This document shows, piece after piece, positions 1 to 7,940 of a stretch of DNA of 64,000 bases. Source of the DNA: Candidatus Pyrohabitans jungbluthii (lineage in GTDB: Archaea > Hydrothermarchaeota > Hydrothermarchaeia > Hydrothermarchaeales > BMS3B). Where the stretch lies: assembly GCA_002010065.2 (NCBI GenBank), contig MTMD02000015.1:64001-128000 (forward strand), given 5' to 3'. Under the pieces are notes generated by a model, which did not search any database, was not told the DNA's origin, and was given only the letters and a program-made list of their open reading frames with translations. Each line of letters opens with the position of its first letter. Positions within the stretch are counted from its first letter, which is position 1. Position numbers and translations under genes: made by a program.

Positions 1-359
1 TCCTTCCTCACCCAGGTGTAAACTATGCCGCGGCGGTTTCTTCTGAATCCAGTGAAGCGCGGGTCACCCTCTATATATTTCGTCATAGCCCTGAAGTCGC
101 TCGTGGCGATGCGGTGAATTTTAACTGCAAGCGGCTTGCCATCGCTATCCTTCGCAAGAAACACATTGGACTCCTTGCCTGTTTTAATCACCCCGTAGAG
201 TAGGTCTATGTAACCCTTATTGGCAAGCTCGTACAGCGTCAAAAGCGTAGCCTTGTCAAAAACCTCGCTGGCTACCTTTAAGTCCTCTATGCCTTTAACC
301 TTCCTGCGCAGGGCGTCCAGCTCGCGCTCCAGCTGGGAAAGCTTCTTATCAATGCTCAT
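1..359 (-). CDS. rio1: RIO1-family Ser/Thr protein kinase, N-terminal part (runs off window edge)
   Basis: Manual translation from ATG at 359: MSIDKKLSQLERELDALRRKVKGIEDLKVASEVFDKATLLTLYELANKGYIDLLYGVIKTGKESNVFLA…LAVKIHRIATSDFRAMTKYIEGDPRF. The TGKESNV and GDPRF motifs are typical of RIO1; the gene follows aIF-1A as is usual in archaea. Confidence 0.92.
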   Translation of the reverse strand, partial: MSIDKKLSQLERELDALRRKVKGIEDLKVASEVFDKATLLTLYELANKGYIDLLYGVIKTGKESNVFLAKDSDGKPLAVKIHRIATSDFRAMTKYIEGDPRFTGFRRNRRGIVYTWVRK

Positions 360-362
360 GAC

Positions 363-668
363 TTAGAGAAGCCCCATATTGATAAGGCGGTCAACCTGAG
401 GCTTGGTGTAGCGCCAGACCACGTCGCCCTTCTTGTCCCCCTGCACCTTCCAGGGCTTTACTATTACCACGTCCCCAACCTTGATCCATATTCTGCGCTT
501 TATTTTACCCGGGATGCGCACCATGCGAAGCTTGTTGTCCTTGCAGCGCACCAGCATGCGGGAACCGCCGAACATCTGCTCCACTACGCCAAGAACCTCA
601 TCATCTTTGGGCAGGCGAAGCCTCCGCAAAGCAGCCTCTTCGTCCTCGTACTCTTCCTCTACTACCAA
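363..668 (-). CDS. eif1a: Translation initiation factor aIF-1A
   Basis: LRLPKDDEVLGVVEQMFGGSRMLVRCKD…RIPGKIKRRIWIKVGDVVIVKPW; GGTGA RBS before a TTG start. Confidence 0.95.
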   Translation of the reverse strand: MVVEEEYEDEEAALRRLRLPKDDEVLGVVEQMFGGSRMLVRCKDNKLRMVRIPGKIKRRIWIKVGDVVIVKPWKVQGDKKGDVVWRYTKPQVDRLINMGLL

Positions 669-1067
669 TGAATCACCTCTCTATTTATCTCCCCAATCGC
701 TTTATAAAAGTTCCGTGGGTGATGCACGCGCTGGATAAGATTATATCTTAATTACTATTTAACGTTGTAAACCCTATCGCAGGGTTAGAATTGGTAACTC
801 GCTAACCAAGTAGCTGAGGCGCTACCGCAGGCTCAGTGAAAAGCTGCAGGCTTTTCCATATCTTGCAAATCAAAGCAAAACACAGGGTTTAGTTGTACGC
901 AAAGTATCATACTAATCTTACAACTTTTTGTTGATAGGCAGGAGATTCTAAGTTTCTGCTTTCATTTCTTTTAATTCCATCTGCCTGTCAAGGAATTTAA
1001 TAATCGTATCCATACTAATTGAAAGTTATATTAGAGGTAAAGAGCCGTAATCTAATTTTCACTGCCG

Positions 1068-1085
1068 ACGATAAACTTAATATAG
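1068..1085 (+). promoter_or_regulatory. Candidate archaeal BRE/TATA promoter for the peptide-rSAM operon
   Basis: CGATAAA-CTTAATATAG about 40-55 nt upstream of the precursor ORF, in an AT-rich intergenic region. Confidence 0.45.
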
Positions 1086-1136
1086 CTCAATAGCATTATC
1101 ACACTGTTAAAGAAAAATTTAATGCGGGGTGCAAGA

Positions 1137-1241
1137 GTGGACAGGAAGGAGAGAAAGGATTGGAAGCTCACCATTGAAGATTTTGAGAAGGCTGCCTGCT
1201 ACCGTGACCACGGTGACTACCGCCCCATTGCGCCTCAGTAG
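1137..1241 (+). CDS. Putative RiPP precursor peptide, 34 aa (MDRKERKDWKLTIEDFEKAACYRDHGDYRPIAPQ); 39 aa if started at ATG 1122
   Basis: Manual translation: GTG at 1137 preceded by a GGGGTG RBS-like motif, TAG at 1239-1241. Lies 18 nt upstream of an RRE-fused radical SAM/SPASM gene; below the ORF-track length cutoff. Confidence 0.8.
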   Translation: MDRKERKDWKLTIEDFEKAACYRDHGDYRPIAPQ

Positions 1242-1259
1242 TATCCTGGTGCCGACGCA

Positions 1260-2570
1260 ATGGCTGCGCATGTGGTGAGAAGGAACCCCAACGTAGTTTA
1301 TCGCAGAGAAACCCGGGGTGGCACGGTAGAGGGTTTACTACTTTTTAACTATTCCACTCGTGGGATACATTTTCTTGAGGGTTTAGCAGCTAAGCTATGG
1401 GAAGTGTGCGAGGGGAAGAGCGCAGAGGAGATTGCGCATTCTCTAAAGCTGAGCAAAGCTGAGGTTGAGCGCTTTCTTGGGGAGCTTGAGGCTCGCAGGC
1501 TGGTGCGCTACAAAGGCGAGGGTAGCGAGGGTGACAACGAGGCTTTGAGCACCTCTGGCAAAGGAATGTGGAGCTCCCGGGTTTACTTCGATTCGCCAAT
1601 CTTTGTGCAATTCGACGTTACCAATGCCTGCAACCTGCGCTGCGCCCACTGCGTTACCTCCTCGGGTGAACCTCTGGAAAATGAGCTTTCAACGCAGGAG
1701 GCGCTCTCGTTGATTGATGAGCTTGCGTCGCTCGGGGTTTTCCAGATAGGCTTCTCCGGCGGAGAAGCGCTGCTACGCAGGGATATCTTCACGCTGATGG
1801 AGCACGCGAAAAAGCGAGGCATAAAGGTGCAGCTCACCACAAACGCAACGCTTATCAGCGAAGCTACAGCGAAGAAGCTGGTGAAGCTCGAGCCTATCAC
1901 CGTTGGGGTTAGCCTTGAAGGAGCAACAAAGCAGAGCTACGGAAGCTTTCGCGGCGAGGAGAACTTTGAGCGTGCCCTCTCCGGGGTACGCGCGCTCTTG
2001 CGCCACTCGCTGCCGGTGAAGCTGAAGGTCGCTGTTTCAAGGCGCAATCTTAGCGAGGTGGACGCAATTCTCAAGCTGGCGGTTGAGCTGGGCGTTGAGG
2101 CTGTGGATATGTTCCTACTCTATCCCGAGGGGAGAGCCAGGGGCATGAAGGACGAAGCCCTGAGCAGCACGGAAATTAAGGAGTTCTTAACCCTGCTTGC
2201 AAGGAGGCGCAGGGAGTACGAGGGAAAGCTTGCGATAGATGTGGACGACAAGCCCAACGCCTTTCTGGTTGACGCTTCTCTGGGTGCGAGCACCTGTGGC
2301 GCAGGCGCGTACTGGGCGGAGGTGCTGCCAAACGGAGATGTGGTGCCCTGCATTTTCCTGCGCAGTATGCGCGCTGGCAATGTGCGCGAGGCGAGCTTCA
2401 AGGAGATATGGCAGGGCAGCGTGTGGGAGCCTCTGCGCTCCCGTAGGCTAAAGGGGAGGTGCGGTGAGTGTGAGCACGCCTCTCGCTGCGGCGGGGGATG
2501 CAGGGCGAATGCGCTTTTACTGCTGGGCGACATAATGCAAGAGGATGCGCTGTGCTGGTACGGTGGTTAG
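1260..2570 (+). CDS. RRE (PqqD-like)-fused radical SAM/SPASM maturase, MftC/PqqE-like
   Basis: N-terminal ~85 aa PqqD-like pattern (RRNPNVVYRRE…LLLFNYSTRGIHFLEGLAAKLWEVCEGKSAEEIA…FLGELEARRLV); CNLRCAHC; GGE; SPASM cysteines CGAG…GDVVPC…CGECEHASRCGGGCRA…C. Confidence 0.9.
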   Translation: MAAHVVRRNPNVVYRRETRGGTVEGLLLFNYSTRGIHFLEGLAAKLWEVCEGKSAEEIAHSLKLSKAEVERFLGELEARRLVRYKGEGSEGDNEALSTSGKGMWSSRVYFDSPIFVQFDVTNACNLRCAHCVTSSGEPLENELSTQEALSLIDELASLGVFQIGFSGGEALLRRDIFTLMEHAKKRGIKVQLTTNATLISEATAKKLVKLEPITVGVSLEGATKQSYGSFRGEENFERALSGVRALLRHSLPVKLKVAVSRRNLSEVDAILKLAVELGVEAVDMFLLYPEGRARGMKDEALSSTEIKEFLTLLARRRREYEGKLAIDVDDKPNAFLVDASLGASTCGAGAYWAEVLPNGDVVPCIFLRSMRAGNVREASFKEIWQGSVWEPLRSRRLKGRCGECEHASRCGGGCRANALLLLGDIMQEDALCWYGG

Positions 2571-3570
2571 GGTGAACGCCTCAGGGTTATACGCGGTGGA
2601 GATCAGGCTAACAAAAGCGTGCAACCTGCGCTGCGCTCATTGCTCCGTCGCCGGAGGGGAGGCGGCGCGGGATGAGCTGGGCACCTCTGAGATAAAGCAC
2701 GTGCTTGACCAGCTTGCAGAGCTTCGCGTTCCCTACGTCACCTTCACAGGGGGCGAGCCTCTGCTGCGCAGGGACGCGATAAAGCTCATCGCATATGCAT
2801 CTTCGCGGGGGCTGCGCCCAAACCTGGACACCAACGGCATGCTCATAAACCCTGCCAAAGCCAAGCGCCTTAAAGAGGTAGGCATTGATCTGGTGCAGGT
2901 GAGTATCGATGGCACAGAGGAGACCCACGAAAAGATACGCGGGCAGGGAAGCTATGCTGCGGCGATTCGTGGTGCCAGGGAGGTGGTCAGGGCAGGGATT
3001 CCACTGCACATCAACTTCACCCTATCCAAGCTCAACCTCTCCGACCTCGAAGCAGTGGTGGAAACCGCCTCTTCCTTGGGGGCGAGAAGCCTCAGCCTGG
3101 AGAGGTTCATCGCCATCGGCAGGGGAGGAGCTATCGCCGAGCAGGCGCTTAGCAGCGAGGAGTTTCGTGAGGCACTGCACAGGTTTTTCTCACTGGCTGA
3201 GCATACACAGGTAAAGCTTCTCACCACCGACCCGCTGCGCGTGCTCATAGATCGCAAGCTTATAGAGCGCTACCGCGAGGAGATGTCGCGAAGAGTTTGC
3301 GGTGGGTGCACCGCTGGCATTGCAGCGCTAACCATATCCTACGACGGTGAGGTGTACCCCTGTCCGAAGCTACCCCTAAGCGTAGGTAATGTTCGTGAGC
3401 AGAGCATCGCAGAGATATGGCAGGGCAATGAGACCCTAGCGGCGCTGCGCGCGCGGGAGTTTAAGGGCAGGTGCGGTGAATGTGAGCTGGTAAATCTGTG
3501 CGGTGGGTGCAGGGGCGAGGCATTCGCGAGGGGAGATTTTCTTGGCGAAGACACCATGTGCTGGAAGTGA
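2545..3570 (+). CDS. Radical SAM/SPASM protein (second maturase, no RRE)
   Basis: CNLRCAHC, FTGGEP, CTAG…DGEVYPC…CGECELVNLCGGCR…C; the true start may be GTG at 2563. Confidence 0.9.
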   Translation: MRCAGTVVRVNASGLYAVEIRLTKACNLRCAHCSVAGGEAARDELGTSEIKHVLDQLAELRVPYVTFTGGEPLLRRDAIKLIAYASSRGLRPNLDTNGMLINPAKAKRLKEVGIDLVQVSIDGTEETHEKIRGQGSYAAAIRGAREVVRAGIPLHINFTLSKLNLSDLEAVVETASSLGARSLSLERFIAIGRGGAIAEQALSSEEFREALHRFFSLAEHTQVKLLTTDPLRVLIDRKLIERYREEMSRRVCGGCTAGIAALTISYDGEVYPCPKLPLSVGNVREQSIAEIWQGNETLAALRAREFKGRCGECELVNLCGGCRGEAFARGDFLGEDTMCWK

Positions 3571-3574
3571 TGGT

Positions 3575-4651
3575 ATGCGTGACGAGGAGCTTAAGGTTGA
3601 ACTTCTGTGCCGGGGAATGAAGGTTCCTGAGCAAGCGTGGAGCTACTACAAGCGGAGCGCGGGCTTTCCGATAAGGTTTGGGGATACGCTGGTAAGCGTG
3701 CCCTCCTTGGGCAAGTACGACCGCTACAGCTTCGTAGAAGCTTCGCCTTACAGCATAACGAGAAGCGACGGGAAGTGGCTGCTTCTTAAGGACGGGGAAG
3801 TGATTCGCGAAGTCGACGTAGCCGAGGTGCCCGGCTTTTACGAGAAGCTGAGCAGCGATGGCGTGGAGATGAAGCGCATATTCCAGGTTTGTGGCTGGGA
3901 CTGCGTGCTCACAGGCGTTGTTCAGAGCTGTGCCTACCAGAGGCGTGGCACCCAATGCAGGTTCTGTGGCACCATCTACAACCCTGCCTACGAGGGCAGG
4001 CTGGACAGGAAAACGCCTCAGCAGCTTGCTGAAGCCGCTGAAGCAGCGGTGGAGCACGGGATAAAGCATGCGGTTATAACCTCCGGCGTAATGCCCACCC
4101 CCGACAGGGGAGCGCGCCTCTTGCTGGAGGCTGCGAAGGCGATTAAGGAACGCGTGGATATCCCGCTTGAGGCTGAGCTCGCTCCGCCACAGGATTTGCG
4201 CTACTTGGAGCTTCTTTTAGAGCACGTGGACAGCGTGAGCATAAACATCGAAACTTTAGACCAGCGAGTGCGAGAGTACGCCTGTCCCGATAAATCCAAT
4301 ATACCCTACGAGGAATACTTCGCGGCGTATGAGCTCGCCCTCGAGGCTCTCGGCGAAAACCAAGTGAACTCCTGGCTCATCGCCGGTCTAGGGGAGAGTG
4401 ATGAGGCGATCATCGAAGGGGTTGAAGAGCTCGCTGAACGAGGCGTCTTCCCCTTCCTTGTGCCCCTCCGTCCCACAAAGGGCACGGGCTATGAGAACAC
4501 GCCGCCACCATCGCCGGAGAGGCTGAGCACGCTTGCCATGCAGGCTGCGGAGGTGGTTAAAGACTTCGGGCTGAAGCCAGAGAAGAACAAAGCCGGATGC
4601 ATGAGGTGCTCCGCGTGCTCACCCGTGAGGGACTTTCTGAAGCTGGTGTAG
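3575..4651 (+). CDS. Radical SAM protein, MSMEG_0568/biotin-synthase-like fold, CX8CX2C motif
   Basis: QSCAYQRRGTQCRFC, ITSG, NIETLD, WLIAGLGE, VPLRP..GT, C-terminal KAGCMRCSACS; start placed at ATG 3575 just after the upstream stop. Confidence 0.8.
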   Translation: MRDEELKVELLCRGMKVPEQAWSYYKRSAGFPIRFGDTLVSVPSLGKYDRYSFVEASPYSITRSDGKWLLLKDGEVIREVDVAEVPGFYEKLSSDGVEMKRIFQVCGWDCVLTGVVQSCAYQRRGTQCRFCGTIYNPAYEGRLDRKTPQQLAEAAEAAVEHGIKHAVITSGVMPTPDRGARLLLEAAKAIKERVDIPLEAELAPPQDLRYLELLLEHVDSVSINIETLDQRVREYACPDKSNIPYEEYFAAYELALEALGENQVNSWLIAGLGESDEAIIEGVEELAERGVFPFLVPLRPTKGTGYENTPPPSPERLSTLAMQAAEVVKDFGLKPEKNKAGCMRCSACSPVRDFLKLV

Positions 4652-5313
4652 GGCTAAAGGAGAAGTGGAGGCGCGGCTACGAAGGGTTGGCTCAGCTTAT
4701 AGCACAGCATATTTACGGGCGCGTGCTTGAGGCGGGCGCTGGCAGAGGACAGCTCACTCAGGCGCTATTGCGCTACCACGAGAACCTCGTAGCCCTGGAT
4801 GCATCGCCGGGAGAGCTTTTTAAGCTTAAACAAAGCTGCCATGTTACGGCGGTGGCAGGAGCTTTTGAGGCGCTGCCCTTCGCGGCGGGGAGCTTCAACT
4901 GCGTGGTGAGCAACTTCACCGCGGGCTGGCTAAACGAGGAGCACTTGCTCAGAGCGCTTAAAGAGTTTAAACGGGTGCTCGCCAAAGGCGGCGTCGCGAT
5001 ACTCAGCGACTTTTACCCGGAGGCAAGGAGCAAGGCGGAAGAGGTGGCGCTGCTTCAGGGCTTGCCCGAGAACAACCTCTTGCCTTCGGAGAAGTGGTGG
5101 CATCCCGAGGAGATTGCAGCGCTTGCAGCGAAGGCTGGCTTTGAGGAGGAGAAGCTAGCCTTCTACGACTGGGGCATACGCTTCACCAGAGAGGAGGCGA
5201 TACTCCAGCTCACGCGGTGGCATGCTAAGCAGGAGTTCATAGGCCGCATAGACGCTCTGCTTTCAAGGCATGGCATGGCTCTTCCCCAAAGCTATGTGCT
5301 CATGCTGAGGTAG
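4597..5313 (+). CDS. Class I SAM-dependent methyltransferase
   Basis: VLEAGAGRG motif I, LPFAAGSFNCVV, RVLAKGG; exact start uncertain. Confidence 0.85.
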   Translation: MHEVLRVLTREGLSEAGVGLKEKWRRGYEGLAQLIAQHIYGRVLEAGAGRGQLTQALLRYHENLVALDASPGELFKLKQSCHVTAVAGAFEALPFAAGSFNCVVSNFTAGWLNEEHLLRALKEFKRVLAKGGVAILSDFYPEARSKAEEVALLQGLPENNLLPSEKWWHPEEIAALAAKAGFEEEKLAFYDWGIRFTREEAILQLTRWHAKQEFIGRIDALLSRHGMALPQSYVLMLR

Positions 5314-5317
5314 GGAT

Positions 5318-6106
5318 ATGAAGCTTCTCATCCTGGCTGGAGTGCATGGAGATGAGCCTGCTGCAGTGGAGGCAGCGAAGAGACTGGCGAGGCTTTTCCG
5401 GGACAGTGAAGAGGTTGAGGTGGTGCCGGAGGCTAACCCGGAGGCATGCTTTGCCGGCACCAGGCTGAGCCCCAGCGATGGCAGGGATTTAAACCGCTGC
5501 TTTCCAGGAAATGAAGAAGGGACGAGCACAGAGAGGCTTGCATTTAGGCTTTTTCAGAAGGTGCTTGAGGCTGAGGTTGTGGTGGACCTGCACACGCCCA
5601 GCATGGGCAGAGCGTACCTGCCCCACGCCAGGCTGCGCGTGGCCATGCCAAAGCTGAGAGAGCTGTGCTCCTATGCGGGCATGGACTATGCCACCCTTGA
5701 TGTACCTGAGCAGGGAATGCTCCAGGTGGAGGCTTCTCAGCGGGGGATACCTGTGCTCACCCTTGAGGCTGGAGAGGGAGGCAAAGCAGGCGAAGAAACG
5801 GTTAACGCTCTTGTGGAAGCGGTGCTGGGAGTGGCGCGAAGTCTGGGCGTAGCAGAAGGCGAGGCTGCTCGCGGAGAGGTGCGCTTTGTGAAGCGGGAGC
5901 GGATTCTGAGCGATGCCTCGGGTAAGCTTAAGATGAAGGTGGCGCTAGGCGATGAGGTGAGGCTGGGCACCATAGTTGCGAAGGTTGGAAAGACAAGAAT
6001 AAAGTCCCACGTGAATGGCATTGTTCTGGGTGTGAGTTCTCAGGAGTACGTGGAGGAGAATGAGTTTGTCGCCAGCATAGGCGTGGAGGTTCAGCATGAA
6101 TTATGA
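5318..6106 (+). CDS. Succinylglutamate desuccinylase/aspartoacylase-family (M14-like) Zn amidohydrolase/peptidase
   Basis: AGVHGDE (HxxE), DLNRCFPG, VDLHT, TLEAG; C-terminal biotinyl/lipoyl-like domain. Confidence 0.85.
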   Translation: MKLLILAGVHGDEPAAVEAAKRLARLFRDSEEVEVVPEANPEACFAGTRLSPSDGRDLNRCFPGNEEGTSTERLAFRLFQKVLEAEVVVDLHTPSMGRAYLPHARLRVAMPKLRELCSYAGMDYATLDVPEQGMLQVEASQRGIPVLTLEAGEGGKAGEETVNALVEAVLGVARSLGVAEGEAARGEVRFVKRERILSDASGKLKMKVALGDEVRLGTIVAKVGKTRIKSHVNGIVLGVSSQEYVEENEFVASIGVEVQHEL

Positions 6107-6638
6107 GGAATGCTATGAGCTTATAAAGCGCGCTCGCTACCGCGATGCAATCTCTTGCTTAGAACGCCTGCTCAGCGCCAACCCGCGCGACGACCGCGCG
6201 TGGGTTACCAAGGCGGGGGCGCACCGTGCCATAGGCGAATACCACGAGGCTTTGAGCTGCTACGACGAGGCGATTAAGCTCAACCCGAGCAACGACGACG
6301 CGTGGTACTTCCGCGGCAAGCTCTTCGCCAGATGGAGTGAGCACGCTGAGGCTGAGCGCTGCTTTGCCGAGGTGCTGAAGCTCAACCCGCGCGATGAGTA
6401 CGCATGGATAGGCAGAGGAAAGGCGCTTAAAGGTTTAGCCCGCTACGAGGAGGCGCTGCGCTGCCTGGACAAAGCTATTGAGATTAACCAGCGCAACGAG
6501 GACTCGTGGATGCTTAAGGCGGAGGTGCTGCTGAAGCTGGGGAAGCGCGACGCTGCCATCGCCTGCCTCAAGCGCGTGCTGGAAATTAACCCCAGAAACG
6601 AGGACGCGAAGGATAAGCTGGAGAGGATAAGGGAATGA
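6096..6638 (+). CDS. Tetratricopeptide repeat protein
   Basis: About five 34-aa repeats of the form NP..D.AW..KG……Y.EAL.C.D.A. Confidence 0.92.
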   Translation: MNYEECYELIKRARYRDAISCLERLLSANPRDDRAWVTKAGAHRAIGEYHEALSCYDEAIKLNPSNDDAWYFRGKLFARWSEHAEAERCFAEVLKLNPRDEYAWIGRGKALKGLARYEEALRCLDKAIEINQRNEDSWMLKAEVLLKLGKRDAAIACLKRVLEINPRNEDAKDKLERIRE

Positions 6639-7702
6639 CGCTGAGCGTTGCTGACAAGAAGATACTTATCCAGAGCAAGGGGCTGAGAATCCCCTGGGAA
6701 GTGGAAAAAGAGCTAGCACAGCGCTTCGCGGGCGTTGAGAGCGACTATCCCAGCTTCTTCCTCGAGGGCAGCACACCTGTGGGTCTGCTCAACGGCTTCT
6801 ACACTGAAGCCTCGCCCTTTGAGCTTCGCAGGCATTGCAAGGGGTATGCGATTTTTTGCGACGACGAACCCTTCGCAGAGGTGAGCTTTCTACCTCGCAC
6901 CCCCTTCCTCGACAGGCGCACCTCTCGAGGCATAGCAATGAGGCGCATTGTTAAGATGGTTGCCCCCGGGTTTCCGATAATCTACCTTAACACGGGATGC
7001 ATGTACTGGGGGGAGAAGCAGTGCAAGTTCTGCGTGGTGGGGCACATAGACACAGAGAAGTTTAAGAACCCAGAGGATGTGGCTGAAACCGTCGAAGCTG
7101 GAGTCAAAGACGGTGGTATAAAAACCCACGTGGCGCTCACCAGTGGGGCTTTGCCCAAGGATAAGGCGATTGACCTGCTCGCAGCCACTGTAAAGGCGAT
7201 TAAAGAGCGCGTAGATATACCGGTTTCCGTTAATCTTGAGCCTCCAAGGGATTTGGGCAAGCTTGAGATGCTTGCTGATGCTGACTCTATATACCTGAAC
7301 ATGGAAGTCTACGACCCTGCCGCAAGGAAGCGCTTTCTCCCGGGCAAGAGCGAATTCTCGCCTGAGTACTACTTCAGAGCCTTTAAAGCATGCCTCGATA
7401 TATTCGAGGAGAACCAGGTATGCTCTGTGCTGCTCGCTGGCCTAGAGAGCGACGAGAGCTATCTGCGCGGCGTTGAAGCCCTCGCCGAGCGTGGCGTGCT
7501 CCCCGTAACCACGCCCTTCTACCCAGCGCTCCTCTCAAAGCTAGCGGACGAGAAGCCGCCCTCCGCCGAGAGGATGCGCCGCATATACGAGCGCAGCGTG
7601 GAGATAATCCGCGCCTATGGTTTGGACCCCTTCAAGACAAAAGCAGGTTTTATGCGCGGCGGCGCAATCTTCGCCCTCAAGGAGGTTTGGAAGGAGATGT
7701 AA
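6635..7702 (+). CDS. Radical SAM protein, paralog of 3575-4651, CX7CX2C motif
   Basis: GCMYWGEKQCKFC, ALTSG, KAIKERVDIP shared with the paralog, LLAGLE; C-terminus KAGFMRGGAIF lacks cysteines. Confidence 0.8.
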   Translation: MTLSVADKKILIQSKGLRIPWEVEKELAQRFAGVESDYPSFFLEGSTPVGLLNGFYTEASPFELRRHCKGYAIFCDDEPFAEVSFLPRTPFLDRRTSRGIAMRRIVKMVAPGFPIIYLNTGCMYWGEKQCKFCVVGHIDTEKFKNPEDVAETVEAGVKDGGIKTHVALTSGALPKDKAIDLLAATVKAIKERVDIPVSVNLEPPRDLGKLEMLADADSIYLNMEVYDPAARKRFLPGKSEFSPEYYFRAFKACLDIFEENQVCSVLLAGLESDESYLRGVEALAERGVLPVTTPFYPALLSKLADEKPPSAERMRRIYERSVEIIRAYGLDPFKTKAGFMRGGAIFALKEVWKEM

Positions 7703-7940
7703 AAGGGCTATCCAAATTATCCTTATTATCCTTAATATATATGACCAGCCAGAACATTTCAATGATGCTGCTATATAGGCCTACCAAACCCAAAATCTCC
7801 CGCAAGTCTAGTTTCCTCATTATTATGTGATATGAGGGTACTAAATTATTCAGTAATACCCCAAACAATACAAGGGGAGCGATAAACTATATATATGCAG
7901 AATTTTTAAGGAGATAATTACCAATCCCGGAGACCAGATT

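Noticed and set aside
1137-2570. Canonical mycofactocin or PQQ cluster
   Set aside because: The peptide lacks the IDGMCGVY and ExxxY cores, and no MftD/E/F or PqqB/C homologs are present.
1260-3570. Tandem rSAM/SPASM genes as AhbC/AhbD (alternative heme synthesis) or NirJ
   Set aside because: No ahbA/ahbB or hem genes are adjacent; the first enzyme has an RRE-like domain and directly follows a short peptide ORF.
7677-7868. 63-aa minus-strand ORF after the rSAM operon as a second precursor or immunity gene
   Set aside because: Antisense, AT-rich, with no clear RBS or similarity to the upstream peptide; more likely intergenic sequence.
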